Of a stretch of DNA of 31,292 nt, positions 14,867-23,783 are shown piece after piece. The first letter of the stretch is position 1, and every line of letters starts with the position of its first letter. Both the position numbers and the translations under genes were made by a program. The notes beneath the pieces were generated by a model. That model did no database searches. It was not told the DNA's origin and saw nothing but the letters and a program-made list of their open reading frames with translations. This stretch comes from an uncultured Gammaproteobacteria bacterium (GTDB lineage: Bacteria > Patescibacteriota > Patescibacteriia > UBA9934), in assembly GCA_964355955.1 (NCBI GenBank), contig CAYHFQ010000012.1, positions 1 through 31,292 on the forward strand, given 5' to 3'.

Positions 14867-14889
14867 CTACCGTCTACATTCTACAATCT
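14867..14889. repeat. right arm of the inverted repeat flanking the four-helix-bundle gene
   Basis: The reverse complement reads agattgtagaatgtagacggtag. Confidence 0.75.
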
Positions 14890-14895
14890 CATATT

Positions 14896-15444
14896 CTATA
14901 CTCCCCCTGGCCTAAAGCACTGCCGGCAGCGAGCTTCATACGAGTCTGTGGCGCCGACGATGACGAGCTCTTGAGAAGTGCCGAGGCGTTGGGTTTGGGT
15001 GCCACTGCCGCCGCAGACCATGCAGACGGCGTGCATTTTGCTGACGTTTTCCGCAATGGCTAGGAGTTGGGGCATGGCGCCAAAGGGGAGGCCGCGGAAG
15101 TCACTGTCGAGTCCGGCGATGATGACTTGGCGGCCGCGATCGGCGAGCTCCATGACAAAGGGGACAATGCTGTCGTCATAGAACTGGGCTTCGTCGATGC
15201 CGATAACTTGAGCGTGGGGGTCGAGCTTGCTACGAAGTTCCGCGACGGTCATGGCGCCGGTGGCTGGCAGCTTCATGGAGGAATGACTTTCGACGTGGCC
15301 GCTGGTGTAGCGTTCGTCCAAGGCGTGCTTGAAAAGTTGCACCGGCAAGCGGGCTAGTTCGCTGCGTCGAATACGCCTGAGCAACTCTTCGGTTTTGCCG
15401 GAGAACATGCAACCTGAGATAACTTCGATGCCGCCTCTATACAT
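14896..15444 (-). CDS. tdk: thymidine kinase
   Basis: P-loop VISGCMFSGKTEELLRR, and C-terminal zinc-ribbon cysteines CMVCG...CRQC. Confidence 0.9.
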   Translation of the reverse strand: MYRGGIEVISGCMFSGKTEELLRRIRRSELARLPVQLFKHALDERYTSGHVESHSSMKLPATGAMTVAELRSKLDPHAQVIGIDEAQFYDDSIVPFVMELADRGRQVIIAGLDSDFRGLPFGAMPQLLAIAENVSKMHAVCMVCGGSGTQTQRLGTSQELVIVGATDSYEARCRQCFRPGGV

Positions 15445-15461
15445 AGATTTGTTTTTAAGAG

Positions 15462-15615
15462 TTCGCTCGCAACTGACGGATTATCCTATTCCTAGCTGCG
15501 CCTCGTCAACCGTACCAGCCGTCTCACCTCGTATGACTCGGGCGCTGGTACAGGGCCGAGGCTGGCGTCGTCATAGGACAACCCGCCAGCTGCTCGCTCC
15601 TACAAGGCTCAGGCT
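15462..15615. repeat. palindromic intergenic repeat family, copy 2 (5'-truncated)
   Basis: Same core as copies 1 and 3, in the same orientation, in the divergent tdk/GT4 intergenic region. Confidence 0.8.
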
Positions 15616-15670
15616 CAACAAGATTTGTACACAGCTTAACATATATCTGCACACAATTTGTCCACAGGCG

Positions 15671-15679
15671 TGTTATAAT
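15671..15679 (+). promoter_or_regulatory. extended -10 TGtTATAAT, 6 nt upstream of ATG 15686 (predicts a leaderless mRNA)
   Basis: tgttataat-gtggat-ATG. A TSS ~7 nt after the hexamer coincides with the A of the ATG. Confidence 0.55.
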
Positions 15680-15685
15680 GTGGAT

Positions 15686-16819
15686 ATGAGGATTGGTATT
15701 GATGCAAGATTTTACGGTCCACGAACAGGCGGTGGTGGCCTCGGTCGCTATGTCGCTGAGTTAGTTACGCACTTGCAGAGTGTGGATAAACTCAATTCGT
15801 ACGTGATTTTCTTGCGTAAAGCTAATTTTCACGAGTGCGTAATTACGAACCATAATTTTAGTAAGCGACTTGTCGACGTGGCTTGGTATACGCTCGCCGA
15901 ACAGATAGTAATGCGTCGCGAAGTGGCGGCCGCGGGGGTCGACCTGATGCATTATCCACACTGGAACGTGCCGATCTTTTCCCGCGTACCGTTTGTGGTG
16001 ACAATTCATGATCTCATTTTGCTCGAAGACGCGGCGTCGGCTCATGCCACAACGCGTAATCCGTTTATTCATGGGATTAAGCAGATCGGGCACAGGTTGG
16101 CGTTAGAGCACGCAGTTCACCGGAGTCGGCAGATCATTGCGGTGTCGGAGTTCACTAAAGCGTCGATATTACGACATTACCGAGTAAAGTCCCAGAAAAT
16201 TACGGTCATTCACAACGGCGTGACGGTACCACTTGATGGCAGCAGGGTTAGTTTACGCGATTTGGGCGTGTACGAGCCGTATTTCCTGTACGTTGGGAAC
16301 GCTTATCCGCACAAGAATTTGGCGTTTATGCTGGAATCTTTCGCGAAGTTTCATCATAAGCACCCGTCAATGCAAGTGGTGTTAGCTGGTAAGCGCGACA
16401 TATTTTCTAGGCAGTTGGAACTGGAAGCAAGAGAATTAGGGATTCCGAGCGACTCGATAAGATTTATAGATTTGCCAACGGATGAGGAAATTGCCGCGTT
16501 ATATAGCCACGCTAACCTGTTCATTTACCCGTCACGAATTGAAGGGTTCGGTATTCCGCCACTTGAAGCGCTGAGTCATGGCACGCCGGTTGCGTCGAGT
16601 AAGGCGGCTTCGATGCCAGAGATTCTAGGGGAGGATGTGCGGTACTTTGATCCGGATGATGAAGAAGAATTGATGAAGATAATGAATGATGCGGCCGAGG
16701 GCCACGCGGTGACGGACTTAATGCAGCAAAGAGGCAGACGACGAGCTGAGAGGTACCACTGGGAACTGACGGCTAAGAAAACTTTAGAACTTTATGCGGC
16801 AGCCAAAAAACTTCACTAA
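15686..16819 (+). CDS. glycosyltransferase family 4 (GT-B)
   Basis: From MRIGIDARFYGPRTGGGGLGRYV. C-terminal EGFGIPPLEALSHGTPV is the E-x7-E region. The track N-terminal 119 aa cross the repeat and intergenic region and are spurious. Confidence 0.85.
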   Translation: MRIGIDARFYGPRTGGGGLGRYVAELVTHLQSVDKLNSYVIFLRKANFHECVITNHNFSKRLVDVAWYTLAEQIVMRREVAAAGVDLMHYPHWNVPIFSRVPFVVTIHDLILLEDAASAHATTRNPFIHGIKQIGHRLALEHAVHRSRQIIAVSEFTKASILRHYRVKSQKITVIHNGVTVPLDGSRVSLRDLGVYEPYFLYVGNAYPHKNLAFMLESFAKFHHKHPSMQVVLAGKRDIFSRQLELEARELGIPSDSIRFIDLPTDEEIAALYSHANLFIYPSRIEGFGIPPLEALSHGTPVASSKAASMPEILGEDVRYFDPDDEEELMKIMNDAAEGHAVTDLMQQRGRRRAERYHWELTAKKTLELYAAAKKLH

Positions 16820-16832
16820 GCAACGAAAGAAC

Positions 16833-19475
16833 ATGACCGTGGTATCAGCACCCGGTATGTTTGATGATGCGTTGCCGGTGTCGTTGCAAAATGTGGCCGA
16901 CGTGAGAATGGAGCGGCATATTCGCGTTGAACGAGGGCTCGGTAATGCGCCTTCGCCGTACATTATTAAACTGTCGCGTGAGGGTGAGGTACAGCCGTTG
17001 CTTGAGGCGAACGGCGTAGAAGCGTTGGCGGCGAGTTTGATTTTTGATGTTGGAGAAGAGGATGAGGCGGTGCCGCTCAGTTTGGCCCGCCCAGAATTTT
17101 TGACGACAACGGAAGAATTGCGCGGGCAGTTGTCCGAGATGGATATAACGCTCGATATTCCGACGTTTGATGAAGCTGACAGAAGAGAGAAGATTTCCTC
17201 GGCGGTGAATTCGTTTAATCATTTTGCTTTACCGACGGTAGATTTGGAAGATGCTTTGCCCGGAAATTTGGCGCCTGAGACCATTAGCGACAAGACTGAG
17301 ATGACGAGTGAGGCTAGTCCTTCAGTGGTATTTTTGTTGTGTGAAGCGGCTGGTCAACAACCGGTCGAGCTTAGCTCGATTGGTGGTACGCGACCAACGC
17401 TGAGCGTTGGTGGAATAGCGGAGGCTAAGGAGGAGATTGCTGTATCGGAAGAAGCTGTACAGGTAGTTACGCGCTGGCGGTTGTTTGCTATGCCCCAGGG
17501 TTGGCAACGAGCGTTGGCGGCGTTTACGGGTTTGGCGATGCTTTTGGTGTTGCCGCTCCACGCTTTGCAAGCCTTTGGATCTGCTAAAGCTGATTCGGCG
17601 GCCATTGCGGCCTCGAGCGCGGCAGCTTTGGGTGATTTTGGACATGGGGCGGCGGACTTGGCTGGACAGCGCTATGACGTGGCGAATGACGAGTTCTCAC
17701 GAGCTGCGGCGCAGTTCTCGGAAGCGCAGGCCAAACTTGATGGTATGCAGTCATCCGTGGTGGCAGTCGTTAACGTTATTCCGCAAACTGACCGAACCTA
17801 TAATTCCGTGAAGGGTTTGATTACGGCTGGCCGTGAATTGACGACCGTAGCCCAGACCATGAACACGATGGCGGCGAGTGTGAGTGGTAAGGAGTCGACG
17901 GATGTGGTGGCGAAGTTGTCGCTTTTGACGACGGCGGTATCTGACATGTCGCCGCACGTTGACGCGGCTATGGCTGGCCTCAAAATGGTAGACGCCAAAG
18001 TAGTGCCGCTTGATTACCAGCAGAAGGTGACTGATTTGCAGACTTATGTGCCACAGTTGTCGACGGCAATGCACGAGTTCATAACTTTCTCGGCGGCCTT
18101 ACAGACGATGCTCGGTGCCCAAGGTGACATGCGTTACCTTGTGGCTTTCCAGAATAATACAGAATTGCGACCAACCGGCGGTTTTATTGGTAGCTTTGCG
18201 CAGATGGACGTGCATCATGGAACGATTGCTAAAATGGATGTGCCGGGTGGCGGAACTTATGCGGTGCAAGGCCAATTGACTAAGTTTGTGGCGGCGCCGG
18301 GACCGTTGCAGTTACTTAAGGCACGTTGGGAGCTACAGGACTCTAACTGGTTCCCGGATTTCCCAACGTCGGCTAAGAAGTTCCAGTGGTTTTACGAACA
18401 CGCTGGTGGCCCAACAACTGACGGTGTGTTAGCGGTGAATGCGACTTTCATTACCAAGTTGCTGGCATTGACCGGCCCGATTGAGATGCTTGACTACGGC
18501 ATTACAATTGATGCAGAAAACTTCTTGTTTGAAACGGAAAAGGCGGTGGAAATTGATGCTGACAAAACACTCAATACGCCAAAGGCTTTCTTGCGTGACT
18601 TGGCACCAATTTTGCTTGAGCGCATGACTAAGGCTGATATGCCAACCTTCATGGCGATGCTCGACGTGGTCGGACAAGGTTTGCACAATAAAGATATTCA
18701 AGTCTTCTTTAACAATAACGAGTTGCAGGCGGCGATGAACGGTTTGGGCTGGACAGGAGCTGTTAAGAACACGACGGGGGATTATTTGATGATGGTGAAT
18801 ACAAACTTGGGTGGAGGCAAGACTGACGCGGTGATTGAACAGCGAGTGGAAGTGGTGGCGGACGTGGCGGCTGATGGTAGTGTGGTCGACAAAGTGACGA
18901 TCACTAAGATTCACCATGGTTTGCCAGATGCGGTGTTTACTGGCCGTAATAACGTAGATTATTTGCGCTTGTATGTGCCGCAAGGGAGCCAATTGTTGTC
19001 GGCTGACGGTTTTGAAGTACCTGACGAAACGCTGTTTGAGACGTCTGATGTGCCGCTCGCTAATGACGAGGATTTAACCATGGCGATGACCAGGGTGACA
19101 AAGGATTTGGTGACTGGAACTGATGTGTGGGAAGAGCAGGGTAAGACGGTGTTTGGTAATTGGATGCAAACGGCACCAGGTGAGACACAGGTGGTGCACC
19201 TAACTTACCGCTTACCATTTTCAGTATTGCCGGTTCAGACTGGAGGCTTGGTCGGCTTTGCGAAGGCAGAGCTTGGTTTGGGCAAATTATTGCCGTACAC
19301 GATGTTAGTGCAGAAGCAACCTGGGGTGGAGTCGCGACAGACGGCGGTGACACTTGATTTACCAACTAATTTAGCCACGGTTTGGGCGTCGACGGAAGGC
19401 TTTGGTAGTAAGGAGGCGGTGCAAAATGATAATGAAAGTGATCAGTTTTACCGAGCATTACTAAGCAAGGAATAG
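16833..19475 (+). CDS. membrane-anchored DUF4012-like protein
   Basis: One TM segment (ALAAFTGLAMLLVLPL). The segment FQNNTELRPTGGFIGSFA resembles, from memory, the conserved DUF4012 core. The genomic context is a glycan locus. The start could instead be 16794. Confidence 0.6.
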   Translation: MTVVSAPGMFDDALPVSLQNVADVRMERHIRVERGLGNAPSPYIIKLSREGEVQPLLEANGVEALAASLIFDVGEEDEAVPLSLARPEFLTTTEELRGQLSEMDITLDIPTFDEADRREKISSAVNSFNHFALPTVDLEDALPGNLAPETISDKTEMTSEASPSVVFLLCEAAGQQPVELSSIGGTRPTLSVGGIAEAKEEIAVSEEAVQVVTRWRLFAMPQGWQRALAAFTGLAMLLVLPLHALQAFGSAKADSAAIAASSAAALGDFGHGAADLAGQRYDVANDEFSRAAAQFSEAQAKLDGMQSSVVAVVNVIPQTDRTYNSVKGLITAGRELTTVAQTMNTMAASVSGKESTDVVAKLSLLTTAVSDMSPHVDAAMAGLKMVDAKVVPLDYQQKVTDLQTYVPQLSTAMHEFITFSAALQTMLGAQGDMRYLVAFQNNTELRPTGGFIGSFAQMDVHHGTIAKMDVPGGGTYAVQGQLTKFVAAPGPLQLLKARWELQDSNWFPDFPTSAKKFQWFYEHAGGPTTDGVLAVNATFITKLLALTGPIEMLDYGITIDAENFLFETEKAVEIDADKTLNTPKAFLRDLAPILLERMTKADMPTFMAMLDVVGQGLHNKDIQVFFNNNELQAAMNGLGWTGAVKNTTGDYLMMVNTNLGGGKTDAVIEQRVEVVADVAADGSVVDKVTITKIHHGLPDAVFTGRNNVDYLRLYVPQGSQLLSADGFEVPDETLFETSDVPLANDEDLTMAMTRVTKDLVTGTDVWEEQGKTVFGNWMQTAPGETQVVHLTYRLPFSVLPVQTGGLVGFAKAELGLGKLLPYTMLVQKQPGVESRQTAVTLDLPTNLATVWASTEGFGSKEAVQNDNESDQFYRALLSKE

Positions 19476-19476
19476 T

Positions 19477-21312
19477 ATGCTTAAAAAGAAAATGCATTTG
19501 CCAAAGATCGAGGAGGAGGCCGAAGTCTCGCCGGAACAGGCGATGGACGAAGGTTTGGCGGCAATTTATGGGGAAAAGCGCGATGATTTGGGGAAGCTCG
19601 ACCAAGCCGGATCGCGAGTTACCAGGTGGCTGGTGACAATTGTTTTGTCATTGCTGATAGCGGCTATTTTGGCAGTGATTGGGTTCGTGCTTTACATGAA
19701 TTTTTTTGCGGTGGCTAAGACAGATCCGTTGATGATGAGTATTGAAATGCCAACTGAGATTGCGAGTGGCACGGTAGCTACGGTGACGGTGCACTACAAG
19801 AATAACGGCCGAGTGCCGTTGGCTAATTTAAATATTGATGTAAATGTGCCGGCTGGTTTTGTACCGACAACTATTGAACCTGTACCGACAGATTTGGTTA
19901 AACAGACTTTTGAGTTGGGCAGTATGCAGGCTGGGATAGAGGGAAGCGTCATAATGACTGGTACTTGGCTGGCAACGGTGCCTTCGACTAATACCGTGCA
20001 AGCGTTGGCAACCTACCGACCAGCTAATTTTAATGCAGATTTTACGGCTGTGGCGTCGACGACAGCTAGTAGTAATACGAGTAGTTTGCTGTTAGCGATG
20101 AGTGGACCAGATAAAGCGTCCCCGGGGGAGAGCGCTGTATATACGCTGACTTTGGAGAACGCGAGTGAGGTAAATGCAACAAATGTGACAACTGAGGTGA
20201 CAATTCCGGCTGGCTTTTTGTTGACTGCAAGTGATCCAGCTTTGGTACCAGCTGGGCCAACCGCTTGGACGTTGGCGGACTTGGCACCACACGCTAAGCA
20301 GGTTATGACGCTGACTGGGTCGTGGTCGGCAGATATGAGTGACGTGGTACAGATGGTTGGTAAGGTGAGTACTAAACTTAATGACGTGACGATGGTGCAG
20401 AGTCAGGCCACAGTATTCACGAATATTATTGGGAATGGTTTGCGCTTGAGTTTAGTGGCGAATGGGGCGACGAGTAATGTGACGCTTGACCCGGGGAGCC
20501 AGTTGCGACTGACGGTTGGTTATGAAGATACGGGGGAAGAGCCGTTGACCGGAGTTAGCATGGTGGTTGATTTTCAGTCGGCGGCTGATAAGAAGGTTCC
20601 TATTACTTGGAAGGAAGCTACACTTGATGGTGGTAGACTGACGGCGGATGGTATTAGTTTTGACGCTAAGACTTTGGGCACGCTACCAGTGCATGAAAGT
20701 AAGACGCGAAATTTGATCTTCCCGGTGAAGGCTGTAGTTGCTGTGACTGAGGCGCAGAGTTGGACGGTGGCCGTGCATGCGACGGTGAACGGGGTGACGA
20801 TTTCCAGTCAGCCGTTGACGATTACTTTGAACTCGGACACGCATTTTACGGCAGCGGCACGTTATTTTACAGCGGAAGGGGCGCCACTTGGGAGTGGTCC
20901 GTTACCACCAAAGGTTGGACAGGCGACATCCTATAATTTACTTTGGACGTTGAATAATACTTTACACCCATTAACTGAGGTGCGAGTTTCCGCGACGTTG
21001 CCGCCGGGCGTAACCTGGACGAACGCGACAGCGGCAGATTCTGGTAGTGTGAGCTACGACGCAGCCTCGCGAGTGGTGAGCTGGACGGTGGCGAGTGCGG
21101 CGGCTTCGAGTACGCCAGTAACTGCGAATTTTGAGGTGAGTGTGACGCCGAGCGTGAATGACGCTGGGACATTCGTTAAATTATTATCGGGTAGTGCATT
21201 TAGAGCGACGGATAGTGTGACGGCTTCTTCACTCCAGCAGACGGGGGAGATTTTGACGACGGAATGTACGGGTGATGCTGGTGTGACGGGTAAGGGTTAT
21301 GTGAGTGAGTAG
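19477..21312 (+). CDS. membrane-anchored surface protein with repeated DUF11/CARDB-like beta-sandwich modules
   Basis: N-terminal TM (WLVTIVLSLLIAAILAVIGFVLYM). Recurring segments include TVTVHYKNNGRVPLANLNIDVNVPAGF and AVYTLTLENASEVNATNVTTEVTIPAGF. Confidence 0.55.
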   Translation: MLKKKMHLPKIEEEAEVSPEQAMDEGLAAIYGEKRDDLGKLDQAGSRVTRWLVTIVLSLLIAAILAVIGFVLYMNFFAVAKTDPLMMSIEMPTEIASGTVATVTVHYKNNGRVPLANLNIDVNVPAGFVPTTIEPVPTDLVKQTFELGSMQAGIEGSVIMTGTWLATVPSTNTVQALATYRPANFNADFTAVASTTASSNTSSLLLAMSGPDKASPGESAVYTLTLENASEVNATNVTTEVTIPAGFLLTASDPALVPAGPTAWTLADLAPHAKQVMTLTGSWSADMSDVVQMVGKVSTKLNDVTMVQSQATVFTNIIGNGLRLSLVANGATSNVTLDPGSQLRLTVGYEDTGEEPLTGVSMVVDFQSAADKKVPITWKEATLDGGRLTADGISFDAKTLGTLPVHESKTRNLIFPVKAVVAVTEAQSWTVAVHATVNGVTISSQPLTITLNSDTHFTAAARYFTAEGAPLGSGPLPPKVGQATSYNLLWTLNNTLHPLTEVRVSATLPPGVTWTNATAADSGSVSYDAASRVVSWTVASAAASSTPVTANFEVSVTPSVNDAGTFVKLLSGSAFRATDSVTASSLQQTGEILTTECTGDAGVTGKGYVSE

Positions 21313-22430
21313 AGAGCGTCGAGGGTGAGGGCAGCGGTTTTGTCCCAGGTGAATTGACGAGCGCGGAGAGGACCCTGAGTGCGGAAGGATTGCCTGAGGG
21401 AGGGGGAGGCGAGAAGCTGGGTGAGGGCGGTGGTGAGATCCGTGATGTTGAAAGGGTCAGTCATGAGGCCGGCGTCGCCTAAGAGTTCGGGGAGAGAACT
21501 GGTGAAGCTCGTGATGACGGGCGTGCCGCAAGCCATGGCCTCGAGGACAGGTAAGCCGAAGCCTTCGTAAAATGAGGGGAAGAGAAAGGTTTGGGCGCCG
21601 CGGTAGAGCGCTGGTTTGTGCTTTTCGTGGATGTAGCCCAAGAAGATGATATCCGCGGCGTAGGGGGAGGCCTTAGCAGCGTCCAGAATGCTTTGGTATT
21701 TCCAGCCTTTGGCACCACCGATAGCTAGCTGTAGGCGAGTAGGTGAGGTGGCGCGATAATTATTAAAGGCGGTGATGATGCTCTCCACATTTTTGCGTGG
21801 TTCTTGGGTGCCGAGCGATAAAATATAAGGGCCGTTTAAACCGTAGCCACGTTGGTAATTGGTGTCACTTGGGGCAACGTGCGAGGTGAATTGAGAGCCG
21901 ACACCGAGATGAGTGACGGTAATTTTGCGCTCGTCGATGTGCCAGCGATTGACTAGGTCGAGTTTGGTGCTGTGCGAGACGGCGAGAATGGTGCGAGCCT
22001 GGTTAGTTAACTTTTTGACGTTGGCGACACGGTTGCGGAGGCGATCCTTGAAAGTGAAGTACTGCGGTAAAATGTCGTGCGATAAATCATGGACGGTGAG
22101 GGCGTAGGGGAGGTTGGTGCGAATTATGTTGGCGTCTGGGAAGAGCCAGCAGTCGACGGGACTTGGCAGAAAAGATTCAAGTGTTGGCCCGCCTGGTAGA
22201 CTTAGTAAAGCGAAAAGTAAGCGATTGGGGATTTGTTTGGTGACGATGGTGATGTTGGGGGCGGTGATGATGGGAAGACGGGCTAGTGTTTTTTTACTGC
22301 CGCTGGCGAAGAGGACGAATTCGACCTGAGGGGCACACCGTGCGAGGGCACGAATAAGATTGACGGTGTAAAGGCCGACGCCGGAGAGTTGGGGGTGTGT
22401 TAGATGACGAATGTCGATCGCGACCTTCAT
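21297..22430 (-). CDS. glycosyltransferase family 4
   Basis: From MKVAIDIRHLTHPQLSGVGLYT. C-terminal FPSFYEGFGLPVLEAMACGTPVI. Confidence 0.85.
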   Translation of the reverse strand: MKVAIDIRHLTHPQLSGVGLYTVNLIRALARCAPQVEFVLFASGSKKTLARLPIITAPNITIVTKQIPNRLLFALLSLPGGPTLESFLPSPVDCWLFPDANIIRTNLPYALTVHDLSHDILPQYFTFKDRLRNRVANVKKLTNQARTILAVSHSTKLDLVNRWHIDERKITVTHLGVGSQFTSHVAPSDTNYQRGYGLNGPYILSLGTQEPRKNVESIITAFNNYRATSPTRLQLAIGGAKGWKYQSILDAAKASPYAADIIFLGYIHEKHKPALYRGAQTFLFPSFYEGFGLPVLEAMACGTPVITSFTSSLPELLGDAGLMTDPFNITDLTTALTQLLASPSLRQSFRTQGPLRARQFTWDKTAALTLDALYSLT

Positions 22431-22440
22431 ATTTAGTATT

Positions 22441-22630
22441 GTCTTTGCGAGCATCAGCGAAGCAATCAAGGCGTATCGCTCGCGATTGCCACATCTCCTA
22501 TTCCTAGCTGCACCTCGTCAACCGTGCCAGCTGGCTCACCTCGTCTGACTCGGGAGCTGGCACAGGGCCGAGGCTGGCGTCGTCATAGGAGATGTGGCAA
22601 CCGCTGCCCCACTCTACAAGCCTCAGGTTC
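22441..22630. repeat. palindromic intergenic repeat family, copy 3 (best outer stem)
   Basis: The 13-nt arms CCACATCTCCTAT / ATAGGAGATGTGG enclose the conserved core. It starts 10 nt from the GT4 ATG. Confidence 0.8.
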
Positions 22631-22652
22631 GGTTTATCTTTTACGAGTTCGA

Positions 22653-23768
22653 TTAGAGCAAACCCAACTTCTCCTGCTTGTGCGTGGCCCATTTTTGGTT
22701 GACGAAGGTGCTGAAGGCTTGGCGGAAGACGGTGTCACTGAATTTGAGGGCGTGGGCGCGGATGGTTTGAGGGTTGAATTTAGTGTCGTCGAAGCGGAGG
22801 ACGACGTCGGCTAATTCTTCCCAGCTTTGTTCGTCGAATAGCTGGCCGGTGACGCCATCGATGACAGTTTCGAGTGCGCCGCCACGACGGAAAGCGATGA
22901 CAGGGCGACCGGCGGCCATGCTTTCGACAGCAGTAATGCCGAAGTCTTCTTCGTGCGGATGAAGGAAGGCGATCGCGTCTTCAAATAGTTTAACGCGTTC
23001 GTCGTCGCTGACGCGGCCAAGGAACTCGATGTTGGGACCAGCGATTTTACGGAGAGCAGCCTCGGCGGGACCGGAGCCGAAGATTTTAAGGGGGAGGCCG
23101 AGTTTGGTGAAAGCTTCGACCACAATGTCAAAGCGTTTGTAGGCGACAAGGCGTCCGCCGATGAGGAAATACTTTTTTGGAGCGTCGCTGATTTGGAATT
23201 TGTCGACGGTGACAGGCGGGTAGATGACAGTGCTGTCACGGCGATAGTACTTGGTGATGCGTTGTTTGACGGCTTCGGAGTTAGCGACGAAATGGTCGAC
23301 CCTGTCGGCGGCCAGTTTGTCCCAAGCGCGGAGCCAGGTGAACATGAAGGGGAGTAAGTGTTTGACGAAGCCGGGAGCCTTCAGTTCGTCGACGTAGCTT
23401 AAGCTGTCGCTCCAGAGATAACGAGTTGGGGTGTGGCAATAACAGATGTGCACCGTGTGATCTGTGGTGATGACACCTTTGGCAAAAGCGCTGCAGCTTG
23501 AGATAACGACGTCGAAATTAGAGAGATCGTAGCGTTCGGTGGCGGTTGGCATAAACGGCAAAAACCAGCGGAGTTTGGAGAGGCCGCCAGGGAAGTGCTG
23601 CAGAAAAGAGGTGCGGATGTCGCGGTGGCCAAATTCCGCGTTCATGTGGCGCTTGTCGTAGGCCAAAGTGAAGGTAGGGGCGTCGGGCCACATGGCCTGG
23701 AGGGTCGACAAAACTCGTTCAGCACCTCCATTCTGAATCAAGTGATCATGCACGAAGGCGACACGCAT
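22653..23768 (-). CDS. glycosyltransferase family 4
   Basis: MRVAFVHDHLIQNGGAERV N-terminus, and PHEEDFGITAVESMAAGRPVIA. Confidence 0.85.
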   Translation of the reverse strand: MRVAFVHDHLIQNGGAERVLSTLQAMWPDAPTFTLAYDKRHMNAEFGHRDIRTSFLQHFPGGLSKLRWFLPFMPTATERYDLSNFDVVISSCSAFAKGVITTDHTVHICYCHTPTRYLWSDSLSYVDELKAPGFVKHLLPFMFTWLRAWDKLAADRVDHFVANSEAVKQRITKYYRRDSTVIYPPVTVDKFQISDAPKKYFLIGGRLVAYKRFDIVVEAFTKLGLPLKIFGSGPAEAALRKIAGPNIEFLGRVSDDERVKLFEDAIAFLHPHEEDFGITAVESMAAGRPVIAFRRGGALETVIDGVTGQLFDEQSWEELADVVLRFDDTKFNPQTIRAHALKFSDTVFRQAFSTFVNQKWATHKQEKLGLL

Positions 23769-23783
23769 AGTTAAAACTTAGCT

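Noticed and set aside
15329-15685. 119-aa N-terminal extension of the GT4 ORF, and similar extensions at 14135, 25202, 26711, 27780, 28294, 7161 and 8361
   Set aside because: The extensions cross intergenic repeats, promoters or neighbouring genes. They use TTG or GTG starts or lack SDs. Internal ATGs with SDs or -10 boxes give canonical N-termini.
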